A stretch of 64,000 bases of DNA from assembly GCA_004431415.1 (NCBI GenBank), contig QPMI01000049.1, positions 248,001 to 312,000 of the forward strand, given 5' to 3'. A model generated the notes under the pieces. That model saw nothing but the letters and a program-made list of their open reading frames with translations. It made no database searches and was not told the origin of the DNA. This DNA comes from Cyanophora paradoxa CCMP329. Lineage: Eukaryota; Plantae; Glaucophyta. Of this stretch, positions 21,309 through 33,893 are shown in pieces (the first letter of the stretch is position 1; each line of letters starts with the position of its first letter). Both the position numbers and the translations under genes were made by a program.

Positions 21309-24300
21309 TCAGCCTTGGCGCGTCGCCTTGGCGCGAGCGGCGCCCAGGCTCTCGATCTTCTTCCGGGCCCAATCCTCCCCGCAGGCTGCCTTCGCGTCGT
21401 CCGCGAGCATCGCCACCTGCCGATCCGGCGTTCACCACTACAGCGCTAGAAAAGGCTTGGAATTCTCCGCATGCGCACCATCTCGTCGAGAGTTTCTTTC
21501 ACAGTCTCGAGAGTGTGCACAGCGTCGAGGTGGCGGCTGCTCTCCTTGTCCGGCACCACGTGCGGCAGCTTGTCGAGGAGCTGGTGGTGCATGGCGCGGG
21601 CCGGCCGCATGAGCAGCAGCGTGCCGTTGAGAGGAAGGCGGCAGATCACTTGGAACCTATGAATCAAATCGGCGGATTAGAAGGCGGCAGACCGGAGAGG
21701 GGAAAGTTTCAAGATCGAATATTGATGTGATATTAGGGACCGTATATCGAAGCGGGCGCACGCTGGATCTTCGGAGGTGAGGCCGAAGGTGGTGGCGAAC
21801 CAGTCTTGCACCGCCTTCGCGTCCCACAAGAGAACCTGCGGACGCGAACTCCAGGTCAGCTGTCAGCGTTGAGAGCTTGCAATTGAGGCCGATCCTGATT
21901 TTGATCAGGAGCTCGAGGTACAATTTTTGCGCACGGAGGCAGGATCGAGGGAAGAGGGGGCAGCCGAGCTCGAGGCCGCGCCAGCAGCGCTAGCTGCAGC
22001 ATGCGTATGGGTCGCACGCGCAGTGGCCGCACTGGCAGGGGCCGCTGCAGCGGTTGCCTCCGGTGCCGGCACTCCGCTGTACATCTCCTTAGTGTCGGAT
22101 GAGACGTCATGATCATCCACAGCAGAGGGGGCAGCCGGCTTTGAAGCTGCGGAATTTGCTACGCGGACGACTTCGACGTCGACGGGTGCGGGGGCTGGCG
22201 CTGCGGGCGTCACGGCATTGACAGCGGCTGCAGGGGCCGGGCGGCCTGAGCCTGGTGCAGACGGAGGTGCCGGCACGTCGTGGGCAGCACGGCGTGCACG
22301 TGGGGCCGTTGCCGAAGCCGCAGCTGCGGCTGCAGGTGTAGGGGCCGCGGGGGCGCCGGCCGTGTACATGTGCACAGAGCTCGAGGCAGGAGCAGTGGTA
22401 CGGGCATGATGGCCATGGGCGGCCGCGGTCGCAGGGCCCTTCTGCTTCTGCATGTCGGCAGCGTCGACGTCGGCGTCGCCGCTGCGCCCAACAATCGGAT
22501 ATCAGCTCGAATAATGGCTCGAGGTGCTGCCCTATAGCTAGGCGTGGCCCAAGGGCACCGGTGCTGGAGCGATCGGGACGCGCTAGCGCTGTCCTTGGCG
22601 GGATCGATCGCGAGCCTCTGCTTCTTGGCGGGCGAAGGCGGCGTGGCCGTCCCGCTGCTGCTTTGCCTGTATGCACAAATATGTGGTCAGATTCCCGAAA
22701 ATGCCCGAGCGATCGACGATTTTTAAGAGACCCGCACCTTGCCCATGCTGCAGTCTTTTGCTTTGCGCTTGAGGTACTCGGAATTTCCGATCGCGAGGGG
22801 CCATGGTCATCGGCTTCATCTTTCTGTCGTGGATTCCGAATTTGAGAGTTCTGATCTTGGTCACCAGCGTATGACGAGCGGTCTTCGTCAAGTTCGAGGT
22901 CCACTCTAGTCCTGCAAAATGCAAATCCAACGCTGCGCTTCACGATAACAATATATAAACAAGCGATGCTGCCCACCTCAATGTTGTGTGAGCGGGAGAC
23001 CCTGCAGCTGCAGACCGCCCCGCGCTGGCTGTGAATGCGGAGTGCTGCGGATCTCCGCTCCTGCATGACCCTCAGCCAGGATCGCGATTGCAATCAGGCC
23101 TGTCAAAAATATGTATCGCGGTTTCTCGACCTTGAGGCGGGATTAATATTTGAGGAGGAATCCGCAGCGGTCTTCTGCCTCTTAGCGGGAGGCGTCGCGG
23201 TTGCGGTGCCGGCCGCGGCCGCCGTCGCGGGCGCGGGCGCGGTCGGGTGGCTGGAGCTTCCATGGCCAGCAAAAGCGGCGCCTGCGCTGCGAACGTTGCG
23301 GTTCCGAGATGTAGAGTCCACCGGAAGCTGCGAATTCGAAACGACTCAGAAAATTACATCGCTGCAGTAAAAAGATCACAGTGCACGTGCTACTTACTGT
23401 TTCGTTTTGGATGAATTCCACGGTCCTCTTCAGAGCGGCCACCGTCTCCGTTCTCCAGCGGGGATCGTTGTTGCCGATCTTGAGGCGCTCCTTCTTTGGA
23501 GCCCCGAACAACTTTACGAACCAAGGCTCCTTAACGTAATCTGGTGAGCCGCCAGCGACAGTCAATAGAATTCGAAAATGTATCAGTACATTATATAATT
23601 AGCACATGTACGTATACATGTACCTTCTACTTTGAAGTGGATCTTCATGCGATAGATCGTTTTCCCATTCGGTCCAAACCAGGCGACGCGGCAGCGGTCG
23701 GTGAACCGCAGGGCTTCTTCCACCGATGCAAGAGGCGGAGAAACCATCTGCGCGCACAATTATTTAATTGTATCACGTTCGTGTACGTGTACGGCTCATG
23801 ACCATGATCATGACCTTTCGAGAGTCGAGATTGAATGCTGCGTAGAATTTGGCGTTGAGTTCAACCACGCATCCGGCTTCGCGAACGATAATCGTCTGCG
23901 GACGATAGACTCTTCAAATTTAAACAACAATCAGACACTTAAACATCCAGTTAATTAATATTGCACCCGGCCACGATCAAACAATAGCTCCCAGCGTCGC
24001 TTCTGGAGTGCTTCTGGATATCGACGTGATAAAATTAACAACATCGATATCAGCAAGAACGACATATATATCGCGGTTGTCCGAACGTTTACGCACCCGC
24101 TTCTGAGTCACAACCCAAGAACTTTCCCGCACCATTTCCGCCGGAATCCGTGAGATCGTGATCACCACCTTCCTCGCCATCCCCGTCGTCTCCGTCGTCC
24201 TCGTCGGCATCGCCGGACCGACGCCTCGTCTGGCCCGTACGCGTCTGTTTATTTGGAGCTCTAAGTAATTGTACAAATGGCCGGTAAACCGAAGTAAGGA

Positions 24301-27300
24301 GACGCAACCGGACATGGACGCGCCGGAGCTGGCGCAACGCCCATGTCGAAAAGGAACTTGCGGACGTGCCAGGCAATGATTTTCGGATCGGTCGCCTCGG
24401 GCAGAGCCAGCCCCCCTCGCTCGAGCTCCTTGTAGAACTTCTCGTGCGCGTAATCTGTGATCGCGAATTGGTCGATCGCGTACAAGCTACTCACGCATTT
24501 GTGCATGCGCAATTAATTAATATTGCAGGTCCCATATGCATGCGTATGGCCGAATACTAATGCGCACCTGAGACTGGAAAACTCATGGAGCTAACATTCA
24601 GAGCTGGTTTGTAGTTTTGAGCTATGTCGATGTGCCTGCACACGAGTATGTGCCGATCACGCATTCGAGCGGCCTTCTGCACGCGTATACGTACGACCAA
24701 TCAGCAGTCGCGATCGGCGCAACGAATTTCGTAATTAAACGTTACCGTACCTCAAGCGTGTCATGATCAGAGACACGCCGCGTAGTAAACCGGAAGTCCC
24801 TCCAGTCGAAGTACCCTGGAAAGCCCCGTACACCTCTCCGAATCCCTTTGATGGTGTCGCGGACGGGCTCTTCAGGCAGGAACACATCAGCTAACTTAGA
24901 GGACAATTTATACTCTTGAGCTTCAAGCATATAAAAATTAAGACCAACCGTACCTGCATCTGATTCGGATTCATCCTCACTGCCGTCGCTATCATGATCG
25001 ATGGATTCATTGCTGTCGCTCTCGTCCGGCCGTGGATCCTCATCGCCTTCTGTCTCTGTCGTCCTCGAGCTCGTTGCCTTCTCGCTGATGCCGGCGCCGT
25101 CCTTCATCGTGCTGTCGCTCTATCCAAATGAATGAGTGAATTATATATATATATCATAAAATCCGTCATCATAATCATGGTCAATTTAAATTTCACTGAA
25201 ATGCACCACAGCAGCACGCAAGTTTCGCTGGTACGCATATGCACCGCGGTCGAACAGGAAGCTGCGAATTGCGCTCTTCAATTTCTTTACATCTTTTGAT
25301 CCTGCGGTGTACTCCTCCAGCTGACCAGCCTCCAGATCGGTGTAGAACAGCTCGCTCTCGTACGCTGTGCTGTATGCTCGAGCTCAAGAAACCTCGACCG
25401 GGCCAACTAAAAAACAGCGCTCACAAGACCGGCCGAATTTCAAAGCTGTGTTGGGGATGCACTCCGTGTCGGGCTGGCTCTCCCGTCTGTCAAGCCACTG
25501 GCAGCAGATGATTACGCGATCGCGAGACCGGGCCGCTTCCTAGTTGCGCGACAGGGAAAAAGAGCCGATCAGAGTTGCATATACAATGTGTCAATCTCAA
25601 TCTCAATGCCGATAATAGGGATTAGAATTACGTATACCTCTTCATCGAGGGAAGTGGCAGACGTGAAAGCTTTCCCCCGCCAACCAACGATGCGACCACG
25701 CCAGAAGCGCTCTCTGTATTTGGTGACACCTCCCCACGAGCGACGAGCGCGTTTCTGCAACAATCGCATTGGGAAATGATAATGAAAGGAAATTGATCAT
25801 GCGCGTGCAAATGAACTGCATACTTTGCGATCGCGAGATGAAACGGCGCCGCGGGACAGTAAAAACTGCCGGACGGCCTTGTGCGCGTTGTATCCACAAC
25901 CTTTCTTCTTCGAATTCATGAACTGGGCAAACTCGCCGTTGTGCAGATCGATCATGAACGGGGCGTCTGCGTAAGCTGCAAAAAGCAAATTTCCAAGTAC
26001 GGCGTGTTATGAGAATGGAAGACTTCGAAGCTTTATGAATTCGAAATCCGATCTCCACCTTCTTTTGGGAAGTTCAGCATATCGTCGGGGATGTGCTCTT
26101 CGTACGGCCGGCTCTCCAGCTCATCCAGACGCTGACAGGAGAGGATGATCGCGTCTCGCATTCGGGCAGCCTCCTGACAGTGCGCGTGCACGTGGGAAAT
26201 AATCAGCGGATTGCGGAATCATCGAAAGAGACCGCACCAGAGGGTTTCGAGTGCGGGGCACGTAGAGCCCTTTCCCACGCCAGGGCTTAAACACGCCGTC
26301 GAAGTCGTCAGATTTGGCCCGGTAGTACACGCCGCGAGGAAGAGGCCTCGCTGGTGCTACTAGTACTCCGTCGACGTCGACGTCGGAAGTTGGAGAGTCT
26401 CCTTGATCATGACTGCCCTCCTCGTCAACATCGTCCGTCTCCGGCATGCGCACTTCGAAACCATGCATATGCATGTGGCCGTGGTTGTCCGCGTCCCGGG
26501 AGTCCGCTCCTCCCTTCGAGGCATGTGCACGAACGCGCTGCGCTTTGTGAGCCATCACGCCAGCGAAACCCGCGGCCGCACCCCCAGCTTGGTTCACCTT
26601 GAACGGCTGCGGGCTGGCGGGTAGAGCGCCGCGCTGCGTGAGGAAGTGGCGGACGGCGTCGCGCAGCTCTTTCGGATCCGAGAGGCCCTCTAGCTCGGGC
26701 GCGAGCTGCCCGTTCTCCAGGTCGATGTAGAAAGCCTCCTTCTTGTAGTCTGCACACATGCATGCATACATATGCATGCGCAAGGTTGATATCGATCACG
26801 CGGCGCACGCGTGCAATTTAACGCGAATTCCGCAAATAAGCGCACCCTCTAGGTCATCTGGGCAGCTCATGATCATCTCTGCTGCAGGGGATCCGGAGGG
26901 CGATCCCTTGTGCCGATCCACCCACTGGAGCGCGAGAAGGAGCCTGTCCCGCATGCAAGCGACCTCCTGAGCGTCCACGAAAATTTTATTAAACAACTCC
27001 TTTCATCAGAAAGCGACAATTCTATATCTAGTGAAATCTTATGCAAACAAAAATCGGACCTTCGCATCCGGCAATGAATTGGTGATGATGGTCAGCCCGC
27101 GCCACTTCAGCTCGCCGCGATACGAGCCCGACTCGGAGGCGCGATAATGGACGCCCAAAAATCCTGAATAGGAATTCGAGGCCCGCCAGCGCCGGCGCCC
27201 TCCCTGCCCCGAGCTTCGCTTAGGTTTCTCTGGATCCGAATCCTCGCGTTCTGCTCACGTTGCATTACACAGAATCGATGATCCGCACCGCAAACGATTG

Positions 27301-28440
27301 GCACCTGAGGCAGAAGATTCTTCATCGTCGAGAGCTCTTAATCGCTCCTCGCCCTCTGCGCGCGATGGCATGGCAGTCAATCAAAATTTTAAATGTTGGG
27401 GAATATTTCAGTCGCTATAATTCCATGTAGGCGATCGCGTGCCAGATTTCTGGTTGGCCGGCGGCGTGGCCTCGCCATTGGCCGGCACCGCCGGCGCCTG
27501 CGAATGTGCGAAATTCATGCGCATCCGAAATGCACGACCGATATCGATGCCGTTCGAATTATCCGAAGGGCAAACCGAGCTCGAGGACTTGGCTTCCAGG
27601 TCCTGATCTGCGCCAGAGATCGCTAGTTATAATGCAGGGACAACGAGGGGAGATTTTGATTACGCTTGACCACGGACCGCCGCGAGCAGCGGCCGCGGCG
27701 CCCGTGTTGAGCTCACGGTCACCATGGCCTTGGCCTTCGGACGAGCTAAATGGTCCGGATCCGGAGGCTCCGGCTCTGCCGTGTTGCGATCGCATCTGCA
27801 CTCGTTTGATTTCCGAAATATGAATTGGACTCTCAACAACGAACGCTTGAGCAAGCGATGAGACGGACCGTTTTAAAGACGCGGTGAAGAGCGCTAAATT
27901 TGTCCTTCGCACGTAGGACGGGCTGAGGCTTCGAGGCCGTTATCATAATTAGCACCAAGACCTCTGAAGACCGAACGTAAAAAAATGAACCGAGCTCGAA
28001 GACCCGGCTCTACTGTCGCCAAGAGACGTCGACGCGCCGGATATCGATTCGCACGGTTTCTGTCAATATTGAATAGTCAAGAGGATCGCAAGTTCTGTAC
28101 ATGTGTAAAATATAGCTGAAACGCACAGCAGTGGATCCGGAGCCCTCGGAGAACTCGAAGATATTCTGGGGAGGCTGCGCGAAGAGCGAGTCCGGGCTCC
28201 AGGTTCGTGCGTTGGATTCGATTTCGAAGTCGAAGTTGATGTCATTTGAATTCAAGCGGACGTCTAGATCTGGTGTCAAGCTGGACGTCGACGCGCGGAC
28301 GTGCGCATGCGCAGATCCGGCTGAAAGCCCTGGTAGACCGCCTGGCGTGGAGCTCGAGCCGCTTCGAGTTTCCCTATGCATGTCGAGCTCGATCGCGATC
28401 TGCCGCCTCTAGACCTCGACCTGCCGAGGCTGAGGGTCAT
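21309..28440 (-). CDS. Large multi-exon protein: five divergent AP2/ERF-like repeats, Ala/Pro-rich linker, SAM-like C-terminal domain; 5' end uncertain (27371 to 28440)
   Basis: Repeats: FLGVHYR..YRGELKWRG../EVACMRD; RGVYYR..KPWRGK../EAARMRD..LNFPKE; WGGVTKY..WRGK../EAARSRD..LKF; IKGIRRG..DWRD../KAARMRD..MSFPVSDY; and ..EEALRFTDRCRVAWFGPNGKT... C-terminal WDAKAVQDWFATTFG..LNGTLLLM; stop TGA at 21309-21311. Confidence 0.7.
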
Positions 28441-29372
28441 TTAATTTAATCTATAGCTATAATTATCAGCCGGGTTCGCACAAACTGCGGCGCATAAAAT
28501 GATCGCAACTGCGCTTGCTAAGTATTAAATTAATATTAATATTGCTTCCGCGCTCTAGACACCAGCTGCAGTACGGAGACGTACGTATACGCGCGAGTCG
28601 ACGCCGGCGCCGACGTTCACGTTCTGCGACGGACCGGAGTCCGACCGCGCAGTTAGCCGCGCAGTTAAGCTGCACTTCAGCCGCTTAATTAATTATTTAC
28701 AGCGCATCACAGTGCCAGATTATGTAATTAAGCTTTTCTTTCTTGTTGTACATGTTTTTGACCGGACTCCGGGACTTAATCGCCGGCGCGCGCCCTAGGC
28801 CTGCAGCTAGATCTCAAAACTTTGGGACCGCGCCGGTCATCTAGATCTCAAACTTGCGCGCGCGTGAGGTTAGTGCGTGCGCGTTAGAGCACGCTTTCTG
28901 AAGTAAGCGGTTCGGATTTAGCTTAAAGCTTGGAGCATGCTATCCGATGATCGTGCGCGTTAACGTTGAACTGGTATATATATACGAAGAACCGAGCTCG
29001 AGCCGAACCGCAAGCATTCGAATATTCATATATGCATTCTCCCGAAATTCGGCGCTCGCCGCCAGCGGGGCGGCGCCCGGCAGCCTTTTCTGCAAGTTCT
29101 TTGTTGCCTGTCCCGCGCGCCGTACAGGGTGCGCACCGGAATGTGCCCTCGCCGCTTCGAGTTCTTGACCGGACGTCGACGTCGACCGGACCGCACGCGC
29201 CGGCCGGTCGCCTCGGCGCTGCCGACCGCCGTGAGCGTGCGCCGCAACCGATCGATTTCGCGAAGGGCGCTGCAACCCGGACGCTGCGCTGGTCGAGACC
29301 TACAGCTGGGTACCGGTACACGAATCGCGCTGAACAGATCGAATACCCCCGCATATATATGAATGGAATATG

Positions 29373-29538
29373 AGCTCTGTACATGTGTCTTTTCTTTTTT
29401 ATTGTCGATTTTGGCTCTTTGTCTTATCTTTCTTCGTGCTCTTGTCTTAGTTATTTTGCTTTTTTGTCTTTATGCCCCCTGGGCAGCCCCCGCAGTGCTG
29501 GTGTCTAGAGACTGTGGCCGGTAATTCACCAAAAACAA
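29373..29538 (+). mobile_element. 5'-truncated non-LTR retroelement 3' end (T-rich body, ..CTGTGGCCGGTAATTCACC + A-rich tail)
   Basis: Same terminal motif as 31982-32027; candidate 6-bp TSD AATATG at 29367-29372 and 29539-29544. Confidence 0.6.
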
Positions 29539-29581
29539 AATATGGCAATATTAAATGTTGTGAAAATAATCGAAAAGAAAA

Positions 29582-30730
29582 GTCGTTATCGTCGTCTTCA
29601 CTGTTACCCTCCGCCGCGCCGCCGCCGCCGGCGACGCCCGCGTGCGTCCCGCCGTCCCGCCCGTCCCCGGCTCCCGGGTCCCCGCCGACGAGCCCGCCCG
29701 CCCGCCCGCGGCCGCCATCAGACCACCTCGGCCCTCCTCGCCGCCGTCGGCGTGGCGAGCGCCGTCGCGACCGGCATCGTCTACGGCCTCTTCCACCGCG
29801 CCTACAACCCCTCCCTCGCCGTCGGTGCGCACGCGTACCCCCCTCGCCTCGATATCGTACCCCCCGACCGCGCGCAGGCCCCTGCCTCGTGCTCTTCAAC
29901 CTCGTCCTCCACGCCGCCCTCTCCGCCTTCTTCATCTGGCGCTACTGGAGCGGCCAGGCCCCCGTGCAGCCCCAGCCGGCCGGCTCCCGCCCTAACGACA
30001 TCTACACCGTGCGCCCTACCCCCCTCGGCCTTCCGCCCCCCCCCCCCTCCTTCCCCTTCTGACTGGGCGCCAGATCTTCTTCATCTACGTCAAGCCCGCC
30101 CTGTGTGCCTCGAGCTCGAGCACCCCCCGTACCCCCCGCCGCTCACCTGAGCCTGACGCGCCTCAGGTGGATGATCGTGAACGCGATCGCCCTCGTCTGG
30201 CCCCGCCAGGTCCTCCAGTGGGCCGTCCCGGCCTTCCTCGGCACCACCGCCGCCCCCATCTACGAGAACCCGGTACCCCCTTTAATTTCCTCCCTCCCTC
30301 CCGATCCGCGCCGGTCCGTGCTGCTCTGAGCCCCGTACCCCCGACACGTGTACAGGCGACGATCTGCTACTTCCGCGTGGGATCGATCCTGGCGCTCGCG
30401 GCCTCGGCGTGCGTGCCCCTCGGCCTCGCCCGCGCTGACGCGGACACCACCCGCCGCTCCTTCGTCGCCAAGACCGCCTTCCTGGTGCCGTACCCCCTCT
30501 TCCCATCCGATTCGAATAATTCGAACGTTTGTACCCCTCAGATCGCGCTGATCTGGAACTACGGGAACATGCTGCGGCGGTACCCCGCGGCCTCGCTCGC
30601 CTCGGCGCCCGTCGTCGTGCTCGCCCTCCTCGTCGCCGACGCCCTGTCCAACGTCGCCCTCCTCCACGCCTCCGGCGCCTCCAAGTCCGCCCCCGCCGCC
30701 GCCGGGCCCGCCCCCTACGCCTACGCCTAG
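29582..30730 (+). pseudogene. 5'-truncated duplicate of membrane gene B (duplication continues to 30838)
   Basis: Starts mid-exon and lacks the first three exons, with an in-frame TAA just upstream. The retained exons are open, with few changes (RSY>RAY, DVY>DIY, PVA>PAA, NAA>NVA). Confidence 0.75.
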
Positions 30731-31981
30731 GCGCCCCGGGCCCCGGCCGCGGCCCGGCTCTGTAGTTGTGCGCTCTCCCTAGGACTGCGCCTTGAATCGA
30801 ATCGGAACGATTTGTCGGTCGCTGCGGCGTGTGCAATTCGTCCGCCCCTCCGGTCCGTCTCGAATCGAATCGATATCGAATCGGAACGCTTGCCTCGGCC
30901 CGCGGCCGGTGGCCGTCGCTTGCATCGGTCGCCGGGCCCCGGGGCCGCAGCACTAGCGCTGGCGTTGCCTTATATGCTCTTGGGGCCCCCGGGCCCCGCC
31001 CCGGACTAGCTATGTACAAGTATTTTATTTTCATGCTTATGTTGTTCTTGATCCCGGTACAAGTGATCTTTTAGATAATGGCGATACGTATACTATGATA
31101 TCTTAGCAGAAGATGATGAAAAAGGGCCTTGTTTTGAAGAATAGCTGGCCTGCCGAAGTGGCCCCCAGCGGTCCCACATGCTGTGGACAGGCTGTACATG
31201 TGCGTGTATATGTGCCGCCGCGGCCGGGCCGTGGCACCTGCGTCACGTGCACTGATCCCCGGGCCACCCCCTCCCCACTGGGCCACCCCCACCCCCTCTT
31301 CCCCCCTCTTTAATTTCCCCCGGCGTGGGTCCCGCCGGGGCCCACGGCCAGCTGTAGCTACAGCTCAGTGACTAGTACTTCCCCGAGTCCACCCGACCTT
31401 CAATTTAAGGCTTCACAGCTCTACGGGCCACGCACTGCGGCAGGGGCCAGACCCTGATCTCGAGCTCGAGCTCGAGGGCCCCTGGCCTGTTGCAATTGTG
31501 CATGCCAAATCAAACTTTTGAAATCAAGTTGCCATCATGGCATGCCATGATGACCATGACCAGCTGTCCCTTGAAGGAGTTGGATCCGACGATCCCCCGG
31601 GCCCCGGGTCCCAGCCTGGCCGCCGCACTGCGGCAGTGGCCGGGCCACCTGCACGGCCATGGCCACCATCATCAGCCTGACACCACGCGTACGTACGCAC
31701 TGGGGCCACTGGGCCAGGCCATGGGACCTATAGCTACAAGGCTGGCCCTCGGCCCGGCGGAAAACCATGGCTCCCCCACTCAGGCGAACCTCCCATATTG
31801 AGCGACCCATGGCCGGCACCTAGCTAGCACCCTCGGCTAGATAGATGACCGGTCGGAAGGGCACGTCACGTAGAACATTGATACATGTGCCGTGGTGTAT
31901 CAATGCGACGTCCACTTTTGCAAAAAAAAATGGCCCTCGGCCCGGCGGGTCAGCTGCCGAGTCAGTGCCGACGTCTTCTAG

Positions 31982-32027
31982 CGGGAGTAGACTAGAGGCT
32001 GTGGCCGGCAATTCACCAAAATAAAAA
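31982..32027 (+). mobile_element. 46-bp retroelement 3' stub with perfect 12-bp target-site duplication
   Basis: GACGTCTTCTAG (31970-31981) + CGGGAGTAGACTAGAGGCTGTGGCCGGCAATTCACCAAAATAAAAA + GACGTCTTCTAG (32028-32039). Confidence 0.85.
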
Positions 32028-33893
32028 GACGTCTTCTAGGCTGTTCTAGCCGCTGAGCGCTAGAATCGGCCTTGGGGAAAGGAGAGGCCCTTAGGTCTGT
32101 GCCTGTCCTGTCCGGGATTTCAAACTGCGATTCAGGGCAAAATTTTTGGACCTAGGTACCCGTTTTCGACCCTGGGGAGCACGATGGCCGAGGCGGTTTT
32201 CCTATGAGAGGTCTCTAATGGGCAGTAACAGCACCTCGAAAAGCACAGAAAAGCATTTTCCCGGAAAAAAGGAGAAAGCGCAAATCACATTGGTCGTCCG
32301 AGTCGAATTTTGAAAATTATTATTTTTAAGAGACCGCACCCCATTCGCTAGGAAATAGTTTCCAAATTAACGGAGCGCCACGTGGCCGGCCAGCAAATTT
32401 GTATGAGTCAGAGTCGTTGTGTGCCACGAGGTGGGATTTAAATATACTTGATGCGTTAGTTGAAAGATTATCAAAATAAACAATTTAGACAGAGCCTTAT
32501 TACTGCGAATTACATTCAAATGATTCATAGCTTATTATTAACCACCTCCAAAAAGCGCCGAAAGTCGTTTTCATTCAGCTGAGACGACCATGGCCAATGG
32601 GCCCCTCGGGGCCTGTGCTCGGTACAACTGCGGCCGATTGGGCCCCGCATCGATATCTGTACCCTTGCAGCACAATTCTGTACCCTCTCACTTGCCGAGT
32701 GGACCCCCCTATTTCTCCTCCCTCCTCCCCCGTAACCGCGCGCGGTTGCGGGCCCCCGTTTAAAAACAAAGACCTGCCACCATCACGCCTTGAAGCCCCA
32801 AGACCCAAGGCCACTCCTGCTCCGCAGGGACTCGCTTGTTCGAAGAGCTCGAGGATCGGACTCCTCGACGAGGAGCGGCTCAGGAGCCTCGAGCTCGGAG
32901 ATCGAGGCGAGAACTTTTGAAGAGGCAGCCTCAGGCAGGACGTCGCCGCGCGGTCGAGGCGGGCCGGGGCCCGGGGCCCGGGGGCCGGGGAATTAATTAT
33001 AACGACTCGGCGAATTCGAATGGCTCGAGCTCGCAAATGTGGGCTTTTTTTTAGATTGCCCATTGCCCCGCGGCCGTCGACGTACTACGGTACTGTCAGT
33101 GTACGTATACGCGTTGCGCCAACTTGCGCGGCCCGGCGGCCCGCGGCCGGGCGCGGGGCGCGCCGCGGCGGCGCGCGCCGTCCAGTGTGCGGGACGCACC
33201 GATCGCGCGAATTAGCCTAGTAGAGTGGAAGGACGAGAATGCAAATTGAGCAGTTACGTACGCGTGTACGCCGACTATACGGCGGGTTCTGACTCTAACT
33301 TCCGAAAAAAAGTTCTGAGGAGGTCATGATCAGCAAATATATATGGGGATTTCGGGAAGGGCACCTGCGGCGGCAGTGCGGCCCCGGCGCCGCGGCGGCA
33401 GGCCCCAATTTGGCCCCCAAACTTTAGGAACTTCGCCGAGTCGGAAAAAGACAGGGGATCGGAAGTGAATTTTCCCTTCAGCTTCCGAAGTTCCCCCAGC
33501 CTGGGGCCCAGTCTCCGGGGCCCCACTGGCAGCTGCAGGCCCCCAGCTGCAGGCTGCAGCCTGCGCATACAGTACTAAGCTGAGTATGCATGCAAGCGCA
33601 GGCTCACAGGCTAGAGTCACAGCGCAGCTAGTTCAAGTTCGCAAGCTTGGCCCCAGTGGCTCAAGTTCGCCCACTGTGCACAGTCACTGACTCCTGACAC
33701 TGAGCCATGTGACTCGAGTGAGTGTGCAGCCTGCGCAGCTGCGCAGCCTGCGCATGCGCGCGGCGGCGGCGCCGGCGCGGCGCCGTTTCGTGGGGCCAAA
33801 CGGCCGCGGCCGCGGCCGCACCGGGTACCGAGTACTACCGACCGGGCCGCTGGCCCGCGCTGGGTCAGCTCACATCGATATTACGACGATATA

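Noticed and set aside
29542-30150. New chimeric start (ATG 29542) rescuing the truncated duplicate
   Set aside because: That ATG is out of frame with the membrane-protein exon, and the correct frame has TAA just upstream.
19880-30838. LTR retrotransposon reading of the 1.2-kb direct repeats
   Set aside because: The repeats are spliced host-gene exons and introns, lack TG..CA ends, and no gag, RT or integrase lies between them.
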